This document shows, one piece after another, positions 37,498-46,590 of a stretch of DNA of 60,746 nucleotides (its first letter is position 1; each line of letters starts with the position of its first letter). A program made the translations under genes and the position numbers. The stretch is taken from the IMG/VR virus record IMGVR_UViG_3300049491_000195, positions 1 through 60,746 of that record. The stretch is one strand, 5' to 3'. A model generated the notes under the pieces. It worked only from the letters and a program-made list of their open reading frames with translations, was not told the origin of the DNA and did no database searches. This stretch comes from a virus. Taxonomy: Duplodnaviria > Caudoviricetes.

Positions 37498-37531
37498 GGC
37501 TTGTCCTTTATATCTTGTATTTATGGCCAGT

Positions 37532-38122
37532 TCAGAGCCGTGCTGAGAATGCTGACATAGCAGACATTTTGTTACGAAGGAAATCAGTGAGCGCTTTGCG
37601 ATACTTTTCTGCAGTATCTTTGTCATAGAACATCTCTATAAAATCAGATTTTGCGTGCGGAACAATAGGCAGGGTATTCAGCCTAAATGTTAGTGCATCG
37701 AACACCTCTCCGTCTTTTACAAATCTTTCAAACTTATCACCCTCTGTCAAACAATATGGCAATCCGTTGTGCTCTATACTGCCGACATGAAGCGTAGTAG
37801 CTTCTTTTGCATTTTTATACAGGATTGGATTGTTAGTAAGAATAACAGGTCTTACCAGTTCAACAACATGTGCTTCTTCGTATGAGTCATGCTGTGTGAG
37901 CAGGCCGGCCGAAACAATATACACTGTTTCGCCCCTTAAATCAAGCAATTGCTCCGTGAACTCTATGCGGCAGGGCCAACTAAACTTGGGATCGTAGACA
38001 GCATCCCATGGCTGAATATGGTCTATTGCAGACCGTGCTTCTTTGAAGTAGGCGACATGCTCTGGCTTGCTCTGCAGGAATCTGAAGCTCCTGTATTCGT
38101 CGGTGTAGAGATCAGGATTCAT
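37532..38122 (-). CDS. hypothetical protein
   Basis: ORF track. Confidence 0.65.
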   Translation of the reverse strand: MNPDLYTDEYRSFRFLQSKPEHVAYFKEARSAIDHIQPWDAVYDPKFSWPCRIEFTEQLLDLRGETVYIVSAGLLTQHDSYEEAHVVELVRPVILTNNPILYKNAKEATTLHVGSIEHNGLPYCLTEGDKFERFVKDGEVFDALTFRLNTLPIVPHAKSDFIEMFYDKDTAEKYRKALTDFLRNKMSAMSAFSARL

Positions 38123-38543
38123 CCGTTTCTACTACCTCGTGGATAGTGAACCATCTTTCCGGCCACATGAATACTTGCCTAGCAGTAGTCGAGATGGCGA
38201 GTCTAAATTGCAATGCATCCAGTTCGTCTGCGAAACACAGATAACCGCGTGTGCGGTGCTGGTAATCGGAATCGAACAAAGATGCAATCATCACACCCGG
38301 AGCCATTCCGGCAAAGTGTGATGGACCTGGCGGGGTAGGATGATTAAATTCATCCTTTACTTTGACCAATTCTGGTTCCAGTGGACAATAACCCCATGTA
38401 CCCTTAATTAATCTATAGGCTCGGCGTGTGAGCTTCCTATAGTCAGATTCTGCCTGCTCCATCATTATGTCCGCAGGATATTCCACCCGCACCACATAAG
38501 GACGAGAGAAGAATATTTTAGAACGTGGATGAAGCCGTTTCAT
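38112..38543 (-). CDS. E-x-DA family protein
   Basis: LCFADELDALQFRL. Confidence 0.65.
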   Translation of the reverse strand: MKRLHPRSKIFFSRPYVVRVEYPADIMMEQAESDYRKLTRRAYRLIKGTWGYCPLEPELVKVKDEFNHPTPPGPSHFAGMAPGVMIASLFDSDYQHRTRGYLCFADELDALQFRLAISTTARQVFMWPERWFTIHEVVETDES

Positions 38544-38797
38544 TAAATGTATTCGTGATGATCCCTGTGGAAGGAAGTTAGATCATCCTTCTCGGAGAAG
38601 CGCAGGATGATATACTGACCCATGTCAAGTTCCGCGTACAGGCCCTTGATCTTTTCCAGCGTAGGCAAAATATCTTCCTGACGACGGTAATAGGTAGTCG
38701 GGTGCATCTTGACAGACATCCAGTTGGTGGTGTAGCTGTCAACCACACGTTGCTCGCCAACAATGCATTTTCCTAGTTGCTTCATTACCATCTCCAT
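38543..38797 (-). CDS. hypothetical protein (E-x-DA family-like)
   Basis: ILRFSEKDDLTSF. Confidence 0.6.
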   Translation of the reverse strand: MEMVMKQLGKCIVGEQRVVDSYTTNWMSVKMHPTTYYRRQEDILPTLEKIKGLYAELDMGQYIILRFSEKDDLTSFHRDHHEYI

Positions 38798-39066
38798 TAA
38801 GGTTTGTTAATCCAGAGCCACTTTTCACAAACCGCTATGGCCAAGTCTTTGCCGTGGAGCGAACCACCACCTAAACTTTCCCATACCGACTTCATTGATG
38901 CTGTATGTTCTTTTCCGGATATCGTTCTAATCGAGAGAACAACGTCCCCCTTAAGTTTGTCGATTACCAAATCATCGTCATCACGGACGTGTATGGATTC
39001 AACAAACTTAAGGAGGACGAGGTCACCCTCCACAGTCATAATGGAATGACCGCTGTAAACGGACAT
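38797..39066 (-). CDS. hypothetical protein
   Basis: ORF coupled TAATG. Confidence 0.6.
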   Translation of the reverse strand: MSVYSGHSIMTVEGDLVLLKFVESIHVRDDDDLVIDKLKGDVVLSIRTISGKEHTASMKSVWESLGGGSLHGKDLAIAVCEKWLWINKP

Positions 39067-39344
39067 TAAAGCAGGCTCAGATACAGAGAGCTGGACGGAT
39101 CAAAATCCTGCTTGAAAATGTAGACCTTCGGGCTGACGGTCTTGCCGGTCTTCAGGGTCTTCAGAACACGGCCTTCCATGGTCCACTTGTCCTGACCCTT
39201 GCCGACGTTTGCGTTCAGCCAGTTCACGATCTTGTAGAAGTGATCACGATCGCGGACCGTGACACGGAAGGAATGAGCCGCATTCTTTTCCTTGAGGTTC
39301 ACCGGTTGTTCCTTGGTGCCCGTCTTGGTAGCTTGCTTGTTCAT
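39066..39344 (-). CDS. hypothetical early protein
   Basis: Follows a sigma70-like promoter (TTGACG-17-TAAAAT, ~39381-39409). Confidence 0.7.
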   Translation of the reverse strand: MNKQATKTGTKEQPVNLKEKNAAHSFRVTVRDRDHFYKIVNWLNANVGKGQDKWTMEGRVLKTLKTGKTVSPKVYIFKQDFDPSSSLYLSLL

Positions 39345-39405
39345 ATTACACTTTCTATAAGGTAAAGTTGTTGAGTCTCTATTTTACTAAGGCCCGACTA
39401 AAGCG

Positions 39406-39858
39406 TCAAGTGGTTGGGATATCCAACTCTAATAACTCTAGTCCACATTCAGCAATATATTCACGAACCTTCTCCATAGCTGGTCCCCAACGGGAAATGA
39501 TATCTGGAGATGATTTTGGTGCTACAAAACGTGTAATTCCTGCCTGTGCCATATGTGCAAAGCAACGGTCACACGACATGAGCGGCCAGGTATATAGTGT
39601 GCATCCATGTGTATCTTCTTGTGCAAAAAGCAATGCATTCATCTCACAGTGAATAATTCTGCTGTACTTTTGCTCACGGTTGGAATAGTTTTCCGGAAGA
39701 TCTATCATCTTCTGCGGAAAGCCATTGAAACCTACCGAAACCACTCTGTTTCCTTTTGTAATGACTGCACCTGTCTGCGTGCTCGGATCTTTGGACCACG
39801 TCGATACAAGTTTGGCCATTTCCAGAAATCGAAGATCCCACTTTAACTTATTTTCCAT
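39406..39858 (-). CDS. dCMP deaminase
   Basis: WSKDPSTQTGAVI, GFNG, HCEMNA, SCDRC zinc motif. Confidence 0.9.
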   Translation of the reverse strand: MENKLKWDLRFLEMAKLVSTWSKDPSTQTGAVITKGNRVVSVGFNGFPQKMIDLPENYSNREQKYSRIIHCEMNALLFAQEDTHGCTLYTWPLMSCDRCFAHMAQAGITRFVAPKSSPDIISRWGPAMEKVREYIAECGLELLELDIPTT

Positions 39859-40052
39859 TTTATTACGTATGCTAATGCATCCTCTTCATTATTAAATCTT
39901 ATATAGCGATCATCGGAGTTAACACCACCATACCATGCCCGATAAGAGTCCTTCTGAAGATTTTCAATAAGCCAATTCTGCCTATCTATAACTTCCTTCA
40001 CATGCCAGTCGACCCCACAACCAACAATGGTCTCTTTTACGGTTATCGGCAC
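39843..40052 (-). CDS. E-x-DA family protein
   Basis: IRFNNEEDALAYVIKW. Confidence 0.65.
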   Translation of the reverse strand: MPITVKETIVGCGVDWHVKEVIDRQNWLIENLQKDSYRAWYGGVNSDDRYIRFNNEEDALAYVIKWKIS

Positions 40053-40366
40053 AGACTTTCTTTAGTAATAATTTGACCCAACTCGTCTCCCAGATCTTCT
40101 TTATCTGTAATTACATACAGACTGGTATTGTGTCGATCGGTGCGCGGATCATAGGTTCTAACTTCTATAGCCTTTCCACCAGTTGCAGAATAAACCATAA
40201 AGTTCATCCCATTTGCACCATCACGAATACTCGGAGATCCTTTAGATATCATTCCAGATGAAACAGACACAGGGTAATCATCCCTAATCTTTGTATTTTC
40301 ATCATCCCTGACAGCCCATTTAATCATCGCTTTTATCGCTGTTTTTACATATCTACCAATCGCCAT
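40043..40366 (-). CDS. hypothetical protein
   Basis: ORF track. Confidence 0.7.
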   Translation of the reverse strand: MAIGRYVKTAIKAMIKWAVRDDENTKIRDDYPVSVSSGMISKGSPSIRDGANGMNFMVYSATGGKAIEVRTYDPRTDRHNTSLYVITDKEDLGDELGQIITKESLCR

Positions 40367-40592
40367 AATGCCCCCACGTTAGTTTGAATACCAATAATGT
40401 TGCCTCATCCTTGAACGCATACATCCTAGTACGTTTATTATCACCAAATCCGTAACTATACCAATCTATAAATCTTCTTCCAATAGATTGCGCACACCAG
40501 TTATCAAGTGCAACTAATTCATTTACCGTTTCAACTTCTGGCATCGTGATAAAGACCTGGTAAGGCCAGACTTCTTTCTTTAATGTTCTCAC
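40353..40592 (-). CDS. E-x-DA family protein
   Basis: WC...G...W...YAFKDEATLLVFKLTWG. Confidence 0.7.
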   Translation of the reverse strand: MRTLKKEVWPYQVFITMPEVETVNELVALDNWCAQSIGRRFIDWYSYGFGDNKRTRMYAFKDEATLLVFKLTWGHYGDW

Positions 40593-40906
40593 CAGGCACC
40601 TGCCCCACCGAACCTGTCGGGATTAGGATTCCATGTCAACTTAAACAATGTTGCATCTTCGGGTTTGGTAATAAGGACAGTGTGCATAGGATCGCCGGAA
40701 TTAAATCTCCATGTGCAATCGTATGCACCTGTCATATTATTTTTCATCCATTCCTCGAAACCATGATGATCATCACAATATGCCCAGCAATGCCAACCGA
40801 CAAGTTCCTCGTTAAATTCCTTTTCAGGGCCGCCACTCTTACGCAAGACGTGTGGAATATCTCTCCATCCATCCATGTAATGCCAATGGTGAACTTTTAC
40901 TTGCAT
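40589..40906 (-). CDS. E-x-DA family protein
   Basis: FNSGDP...ITKPEDATLFKLTW. Confidence 0.7.
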   Translation of the reverse strand: MQVKVHHWHYMDGWRDIPHVLRKSGGPEKEFNEELVGWHCWAYCDDHHGFEEWMKNNMTGAYDCTWRFNSGDPMHTVLITKPEDATLFKLTWNPNPDRFGGAGAW

Positions 40907-41139
40907 TTGAATTTTAGTCTGAATGCTAATGCGTCTTCTGGTGTTGCAAATAGGAAAGTTGCAATTGTATCAAACTTGCCAGATACATCACTAACGTCTT
41001 GATTTTTGAACGAGTGTAATTCTAAGTTAAAATCTTCACAGTAGTCAATCATATCACTAATTTCCTGATCTGTGAGATCACCTATCACAATCTCACATGG
41101 ATTTTTGGGCCAGCGAAATTCGTAGATAGGTTCGGTCAT
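40897..41139 (-). CDS. E-x-DA family protein
   Basis: FLFATPEDALAFRLKF. Confidence 0.7.
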   Translation of the reverse strand: MTEPIYEFRWPKNPCEIVIGDLTDQEISDMIDYCEDFNLELHSFKNQDVSDVSGKFDTIATFLFATPEDALAFRLKFKCK

Positions 41140-41393
41140 ACACCCAGCAGTTTCTTAATCACCATAAACTCTTCCCATGCTTTCTTTAGGGAAGGATGTT
41201 TTTTCATCTGTTCTTCGGTCGGTGGCATAAAAGGTGGCGCTGGCAGTGGATCACCGGAAAATGCAATCCAGGCCATTCCTTGCCAAATATATCCCTGATT
41301 TGTAGCAGAATCAAAATAACAGTCGCCTGTATCGGGTGCCGGTGGCCTCGAGGCGTGCCAACATATTCCGGTCATGACATCATCCGTATACAT
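41136..41393 (-). CDS. hypothetical protein (YPAL-motif family, with GD.YFD...Y.W.G..W module)
   Basis: C-terminal KKHPSLKKAWEEFMVIKKL. Confidence 0.65.
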   Translation of the reverse strand: MYTDDVMTGICWHASRPPAPDTGDCYFDSATNQGYIWQGMAWIAFSGDPLPAPPFMPPTEEQMKKHPSLKKAWEEFMVIKKLLGV

Positions 41394-41399
41394 ACGAAA

Positions 41400-41807
41400 T
41401 CAGAGATCGCCTTCTTTTCTGTTTTCTGAATGCCAAACAGAGAACTTACCACCCGGGTAACGGCTTTCCAGCTTTGAGACATTCTCTTCGATAATTTCAT
41501 ACGGGTCATATCCTAACGCAGTGCAAGCATTCATCCAATACCAAATAATGTCGCCCAATTCACGCTTCATATGAAAGCGATTGTCTTCGTTGTATTCCTT
41601 ACCGTGAAAGAAAATCTTCTTTACGATTTCATCAAACTCTCCGCCTTCACTTGCAAGGCCGATACCGGCAGTCATCAAACGTGCTGGATCACATCCAGCA
41701 GCATCAAGGTCGCGAATGCGTTGAATGAATAGATCTGTTGTTTTGCTTACCGGGCTTGTAACACCATCAACGAATGTTTGATAGTTGTGTAGAAATGTTT
41801 TGTCCAT
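41400..41807 (-). CDS. MazG-like nucleotide pyrophosphohydrolase
   Basis: GLASEGGEFDEIVKK, RELGDIIWY, ENVSKLESRYP. Confidence 0.88.
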   Translation of the reverse strand: MDKTFLHNYQTFVDGVTSPVSKTTDLFIQRIRDLDAAGCDPARLMTAGIGLASEGGEFDEIVKKIFFHGKEYNEDNRFHMKRELGDIIWYWMNACTALGYDPYEIIEENVSKLESRYPGGKFSVWHSENRKEGDL

Positions 41808-41819
41808 GAAACTCCTTAG

Positions 41820-42977
41820 TCATACGTAAGATTCTTTCTTTACGTGTTTGACTATTTTATAGAATTTCGCAAAATTGTCAAGAGATCGAACTTCTTTCGT
41901 TTTGGTCCCACCACCATATCTGCCAGTGTTCTCAAGGATAGGAGAAATTATTTCATCTCCGGCAATTACATTCTGAATCTTATACGCTTCAAATCCGGAT
42001 ATGCTTGATTTCTTTGTTGCTGAGAAACTGTAAGGAAAATCAACCATGTACTTCTGTCCGCGATTATCTTCCACCACTAACATACCGTCATCCGAAATTG
42101 CCGAAGCCTCTGCAAAGAGGTTAGCTGCCTCATCTTGTGTAATTTCTTCTAGAGATAATGTCAGCTTAGGGACTGCATTTAGAGATGTGTGCTTAATCAT
42201 TCCGCGTGTGGAATAATATCCCGATGCTGAGAAATGAGTAGTATTGCTAAACTGCGCCTTACCCTTTAATATCTCTGCATTCATCTTTGCGGATACTTCT
42301 TCACGAGTCAATGGCTTGTCAGTTTTCTTTGTGACCTTTAGAATCTTAAGATCAGTTTGATACGTATACTTGCCCTTTGAAATTTCTACAATTTGCCTAC
42401 GCAAAAAGACTTGTGGCTTGTAGGTACTTCCATACGTATCCAATGGCGCATATAGGGATAGAACACCCATATACTTTCCTGTCTCGTTACTTTGAAGCAA
42501 GACTTCGTCACCGATTTGTACTTCCTTGATACTGACACGATTTTCTAGAAGTTCTGTATTATCGGTGGCTTCAATATAAAGCGGTGAACTGGTGGGTACC
42601 AGAATCATCTTTGTTTGGGAATCCTCACGGGCCCAAACACATTTCTGTTGAATCAACCCTTCTGTAATACCTGTTACGTGTAGAATATCTTCCAAATTGT
42701 CATTTGTAATTCTAACCAAGTATCCGCGTGGATCAATTACTAGCCAGGTAGGGTCGGCAGAACCGTAGTTCTTTCTTTCGTTCTTATGAAGTGTAAATCC
42801 AGGTAAAGGAACATTCTCATGCTCCTTTAGGACTGTGTATCGCTTCGTAATTGTTTCTAGCCGTTTCTTTTCATTAGACGACGTACCAAAAGGTATTACT
42901 TCTGCTTCTGGTAGTTCGTGTTTAATGCCTGCTGTGTTCCATCCTGAGTAAATTTGCTTTGCGATGTTGAGCATCAA
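41820..42977 (-). CDS. hypothetical protein
   Basis: 385-aa ORF; ENVPLPGF, W.VIDPRGY motifs. Confidence 0.75.
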   Translation of the reverse strand: MMLNIAKQIYSGWNTAGIKHELPEAEVIPFGTSSNEKKRLETITKRYTVLKEHENVPLPGFTLHKNERKNYGSADPTWLVIDPRGYLVRITNDNLEDILHVTGITEGLIQQKCVWAREDSQTKMILVPTSSPLYIEATDNTELLENRVSIKEVQIGDEVLLQSNETGKYMGVLSLYAPLDTYGSTYKPQVFLRRQIVEISKGKYTYQTDLKILKVTKKTDKPLTREEVSAKMNAEILKGKAQFSNTTHFSASGYYSTRGMIKHTSLNAVPKLTLSLEEITQDEAANLFAEASAISDDGMLVVEDNRGQKYMVDFPYSFSATKKSSISGFEAYKIQNVIAGDEIISPILENTGRYGGGTKTKEVRSLDNFAKFYKIVKHVKKESYV

Positions 42978-43198
42978 TTGGTTCCGTTGTCACCTGTTAA
43001 ATGTTTAATTCTGCGGCGAACAATAGATCGTAGAACTACGAACTGTTCTTTCTCATCAGGGTTTGGTGTCTCACTGATAAGTTGCAAATAGTTTTCGTCG
43101 AGGATAGTGGCGTCATCAAGGTCAGAGTTTCTGATAATGATAAGGCGTTGCTTCAATTCTTGAACATCGTACATAGTATATCCTCCGTGTGTAGTCAT
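42974..43198 (-). CDS. hypothetical protein
   Basis: ORF track; start possibly MYDVQE. Confidence 0.55.
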   Translation of the reverse strand: MTTHGGYTMYDVQELKQRLIIIRNSDLDDATILDENYLQLISETPNPDEKEQFVVLRSIVRRRIKHLTGDNGTN

Positions 43199-43204
43199 AA
43201 CTAT

Positions 43205-43435
43205 TTATGAACCCAATCCAAATTGGATTTTGAACATGGTTGCATCCATTGCTTCCTCGAACCCGAATTTATTGCCACCCAGCATAGTCCAACGTCCTTC
43301 TAAATTTTGGACACACCAGATAACAATCCCTTTACTAGCAATCTCATGATATGGAAGATTAATATGTGTGAATGTCCAATGAGTTTCTTTATCACGGATT
43401 AGTTCGTTCATTGGTACATACGTATTTTTATCCAT
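43205..43435 (-). CDS. E-x-DA family protein
   Basis: WCVQNLEGRW...FGFEEAMDATMFKIQFG; follows a TTGACA-17-TACAAT promoter (~43464-43492). Confidence 0.7.
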   Translation of the reverse strand: MDKNTYVPMNELIRDKETHWTFTHINLPYHEIASKGIVIWCVQNLEGRWTMLGGNKFGFEEAMDATMFKIQFGLGS

Positions 43436-43509
43436 TTTTCTACCTCGATTGCTATGTTCGTTAATTGTAACAGATATTTTGTGCAATGTCAAATTTGCAT
43501 GAATCATAC

Positions 43510-43534
43510 AAAAAGGGCCCGGAGGCCCTTTTTT
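43510..43534. terminator. intrinsic terminator
   Basis: AAAAAGGGCC-CGGA-GGCCCTTTTTT. Confidence 0.8.
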
Positions 43535-43549
43535 AGTGGTTTTGGTGGT

Positions 43550-44281
43550 TTAGTTTGTCTTGAACGGTGTCCAATTCGATCTTGTTTGAGTTAGACGGTT
43601 AGCAATCACATACATTGCAATTGGATTATGTCCAAGCCCAAGATGACTGGCTGCGGGAATCTCAATATTCTGAGATGTATCGGATTCTTCCTCAATGCTG
43701 CATTCCCAATGTACCACCCCGTCTGATTTACTGTACAAAGAGGTAAATGGGACAGGAGGACGTTCACCCAGCTTTCTTAAAATCTCTGGATTCCTATGAC
43801 TTGTATCTTTGCTCAGCATTTCGTAGACACGAGCAGCATTAGTTCCTTCTCCAATAGATTTGAAGGGTGTTCCTAATGTGATTACTTGACGCACAAGGTC
43901 CGGGCATTGCTTGGCAATTTCCCTGCTGTAGATACCGCCTAAAGACCAGCCAATTATGCTAATCTGCGCGCCACCTGCACCTGCTGAGACCTCTGTAGCA
44001 CGAGCAACAAGATCAGCCAGTAGTTTCTCCATTCCGTGACGTGGGCCCAGGTTTCTTCCAAGACCCCAGGAATGAGGATTGTATCCCAAATTTTCTAGGA
44101 AATTGCGAAGATAGTGGGTTGATCCGTCGGAGCCGCCAAGTCCGGGAATTACCAGAACCGGGTGGCCATCTCCGTGTGGGGAGATAAATTGCAGAGGTGT
44201 GTTTAGAAGCCAACCCAGACCGTACTCATACAATCCTCTAGCTGCCTCCAGGCCTAAGAGCACCTTCGATGGTCCTTCCAT
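43550..44281 (-). CDS. alpha/beta hydrolase (esterase/lipase)
   Basis: PVLVIPG oxyanion region, GWSLGG nucleophile, SDGVV, SHLGL triad. Confidence 0.88.
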   Translation of the reverse strand: MEGPSKVLLGLEAARGLYEYGLGWLLNTPLQFISPHGDGHPVLVIPGLGGSDGSTHYLRNFLENLGYNPHSWGLGRNLGPRHGMEKLLADLVARATEVSAGAGGAQISIIGWSLGGIYSREIAKQCPDLVRQVITLGTPFKSIGEGTNAARVYEMLSKDTSHRNPEILRKLGERPPVPFTSLYSKSDGVVHWECSIEEESDTSQNIEIPAASHLGLGHNPIAMYVIANRLTQTRSNWTPFKTN

Positions 44282-44309
44282 GGGTTATCCTTCAGTGATA
44301 ACGTATTTA

Positions 44310-44633
44310 TTAAAATCCCACACTATTGCCACATCCGCAGGAAGAAGTTTGATTCGGGTTATTGAACACAAATGTTTCTCCCATGATGTCTTTCTTGTAA
44401 TCGACTTCGGCGGAGTCGAGATACATGCTGCTGGCAGCATCTACTACCAGCTTATGCGATTCTCCGAGTGGAAACTCGAAGTCATCCTCTGAAATTGGGT
44501 CATTCTCAATTGCAAGGAAGTAAGTGAAACCATTGCAACCACCGCCTTGTAGGCCAAAACGAATTGTTCCGGCTTTTTCTTCGGTGAGAATGGAGATGAT
44601 TTTGTCTTTTGCTGCGTCTGAAATCTTGATCAT
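44310..44633 (-). CDS. IscA/HesB Fe-S carrier
   Basis: GGCNG...VDY...F.FNNPN..SCGCGNS. Confidence 0.9.
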   Translation of the reverse strand: MIKISDAAKDKIISILTEEKAGTIRFGLQGGGCNGFTYFLAIENDPISEDDFEFPLGESHKLVVDAASSMYLDSAEVDYKKDIMGETFVFNNPNQTSSCGCGNSVGF

Positions 44634-45226
44634 AGTCTCTTATCCACAATATGGTCTGCCAGTCCAAGCTCAACTGCTTCTGGAGCGGTCAACCACTTAT
44701 CTCTGTCAAGCAATGCCACGAATTGATCGTATGTAATACCCTTCGAATTGTGCTTGACATACAATTCAGTCATCTCTTTCTTCATACGGAGACTTTCCCT
44801 AAGGTCAATTTCCATATCAGAAATCTTACCACGTGTGCCCGATGCAGGTTGGTGGATCATTGTCATTGTGCGCGGAAGCAAATATCTGTGGCCAGGTTCA
44901 CCAGCTTGTGCGATAAACGAACCCATACTTGCCGCCCAACCAATTGCATATGTGTGAACTGGACACTTGATGTATTGCATAACATCATAGACTGCCAATC
45001 CGTCATATACAGAGCCGCCCGGTGACTTGATATACATACTTATCGGTTGTTCTGGATTTTCAGCCTCCAGAAACAACATTTGTGCAACAATAACATCACA
45101 CATATTTTCCTCAACTTCGCCGGTGAAGAAAATGACACGCTCTTTCATCAAGCGTGAATAAAGATCGTAGCTACGTTCTCCGCGTGCGGTTTGTTCTACT
45201 ACGATTGGTACCAATGCATTTCTCAT
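44630..45226 (-). CDS. clpP: ClpP protease proteolytic subunit
   Basis: [38 protein letters not shown]. Confidence 0.95.
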   Translation of the reverse strand: MRNALVPIVVEQTARGERSYDLYSRLMKERVIFFTGEVEENMCDVIVAQMLFLEAENPEQPISMYIKSPGGSVYDGLAVYDVMQYIKCPVHTYAIGWAASMGSFIAQAGEPGHRYLLPRTMTMIHQPASGTRGKISDMEIDLRESLRMKKEMTELYVKHNSKGITYDQFVALLDRDKWLTAPEAVELGLADHIVDKRL

Positions 45227-45253
45227 TTTATGTTTCCTGTGATAAATACTGTT

Positions 45254-45643
45254 ATGAAGATTAAAGACATTTTGAATGAAGGTGCTACTGACGTTGTTGC
45301 CCGTTTCTATAAGGAAGCGAGCTCGGATATGGAAAAATTCTACAATCCCGAAGATGTTAAGTATAAAGCCCAAAACAAGGAATATTACGACGAGCACTTC
45401 AAACAATGGTTTAGTGAAGAAGTAGTTCCTGTCTTTACTAAGCCTGTCACCAAGCCACAGCCAGAATACACTAATCACCCCAAGGAAAGCAAACTTCAGT
45501 CTCCCGGCTATCGTGGACTACAGTATGCACTGGCCGCAGCGGGCCTTCCTTATAATCACGACGTTCAAGCCTACAAAGCGGATCCACAGCGTGCTCTTGC
45601 AGCACAGACTATGGATGGTGCTAGAAACAACAACGGACAGTGA
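45254..45643 (+). CDS. hypothetical late protein
   Basis: MKIKDILNE start 5 nt after ATAAATA. Confidence 0.7.
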   Translation: MKIKDILNEGATDVVARFYKEASSDMEKFYNPEDVKYKAQNKEYYDEHFKQWFSEEVVPVFTKPVTKPQPEYTNHPKESKLQSPGYRGLQYALAAAGLPYNHDVQAYKADPQRALAAQTMDGARNNNGQ

Positions 45644-46420
45644 TCAATCCAGGCCAAGCGCCTTGTGAATGCTTGCTGCAAGATCCGGATCAAAGTTATC
45701 AGCTTCTTCATTAAGCCAATCGGTATTCTTCATACCCCATTGCCAATAACTGTGTGGAATAGCTGACATCAATTCACCCTTATGCTTACCAAACGGCATG
45801 CGTTCGTAAATGATTGGCTCAGCAGCCCATTTCGCAATTTGCGGACCGTAGGGTTGATCCTTATCAATCAGCCCCATTTCTTCCATATAGCTTACCAAGA
45901 CTTCCAACAACTTTGCAGTCATGAAGGAATCGTTGCCTGCACGGTGGCAGCGCATCTCGATTGGAATATCCAATTCAAGTGCGAAACGTAAGTATGGGAG
46001 ATTTGTTTCTTCGATGGTCTCTACACCATTGAACAGCTTCTTTGCCATTCTCCATGTGCAGATCCAGTTGTAATCTGTTGTATCAACTCCGTGTCTTTCT
46101 AAAACACGCATATCATAGAAGTGATTATGTGCTACAAGGTAGCCACCTCTATAACCATTTACAACTTCTTGAAATATTTCTTTTGAATCGATAAAAGACG
46201 GTTTGTCTTCTACCATTTTATTTGTGATGTAGCAGATTGACTCTACTTTCGGTGGGATGGGACGATCGGTGGGCTTATGCAGCTCTTGAAAAATTGTCCA
46301 GGAATCGCCTTCTCTTATAACGAAACCAGATTCGACAATTTCTGCAATCTTGTAATCATCAGAGTTAGTTTCTGTATCTAGAACTAAACAACTCTGTAGA
46401 AAATCTTCTTTGTGTGACAT
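45644..46420 (-). CDS. DEDDh 3'-5' exonuclease (exonuclease X / DnaQ-like)
   Basis: LDTET, AHN..YD, HRAGND, MPFGKHKG C-terminal motif. Confidence 0.88.
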   Translation of the reverse strand: MSHKEDFLQSCLVLDTETNSDDYKIAEIVESGFVIREGDSWTIFQELHKPTDRPIPPKVESICYITNKMVEDKPSFIDSKEIFQEVVNGYRGGYLVAHNHFYDMRVLERHGVDTTDYNWICTWRMAKKLFNGVETIEETNLPYLRFALELDIPIEMRCHRAGNDSFMTAKLLEVLVSYMEEMGLIDKDQPYGPQIAKWAAEPIIYERMPFGKHKGELMSAIPHSYWQWGMKNTDWLNEEADNFDPDLAASIHKALGLD

Positions 46421-46479
46421 GGTGAAACTCTCCAGTAAGTAAAAGTGTAACAATTACTTACCGAAAAGTCAACCACCCT

Positions 46480-46590
46480 TTAAACATTCGCGTAAGGCCT
46501 GCCCGCTTCCTTATAGTAACCCGGATCTTCAGGATACACAGGATAATAATCGGGATTCGGGGCAGGTTCTGGGACAGGAGTTTCCTCCAT
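46480..46590 (-). CDS. tiny Pro/Tyr-rich ORF (36 aa)
   Basis: MEETPVPEPAPNPDYYPVYPEDPGYYK...; start coupled TAATG. Confidence 0.3.
   Translation of the reverse strand: MEETPVPEPAPNPDYYPVYPEDPGYYKEAGRPYANV

Noticed and set aside
45227-45478. N-terminal hydrophobic extension on ClpP in the ORF track
   Set aside because: It is the antisense of the plus-strand gene at 45254; the real start is MRNALVP at 45226
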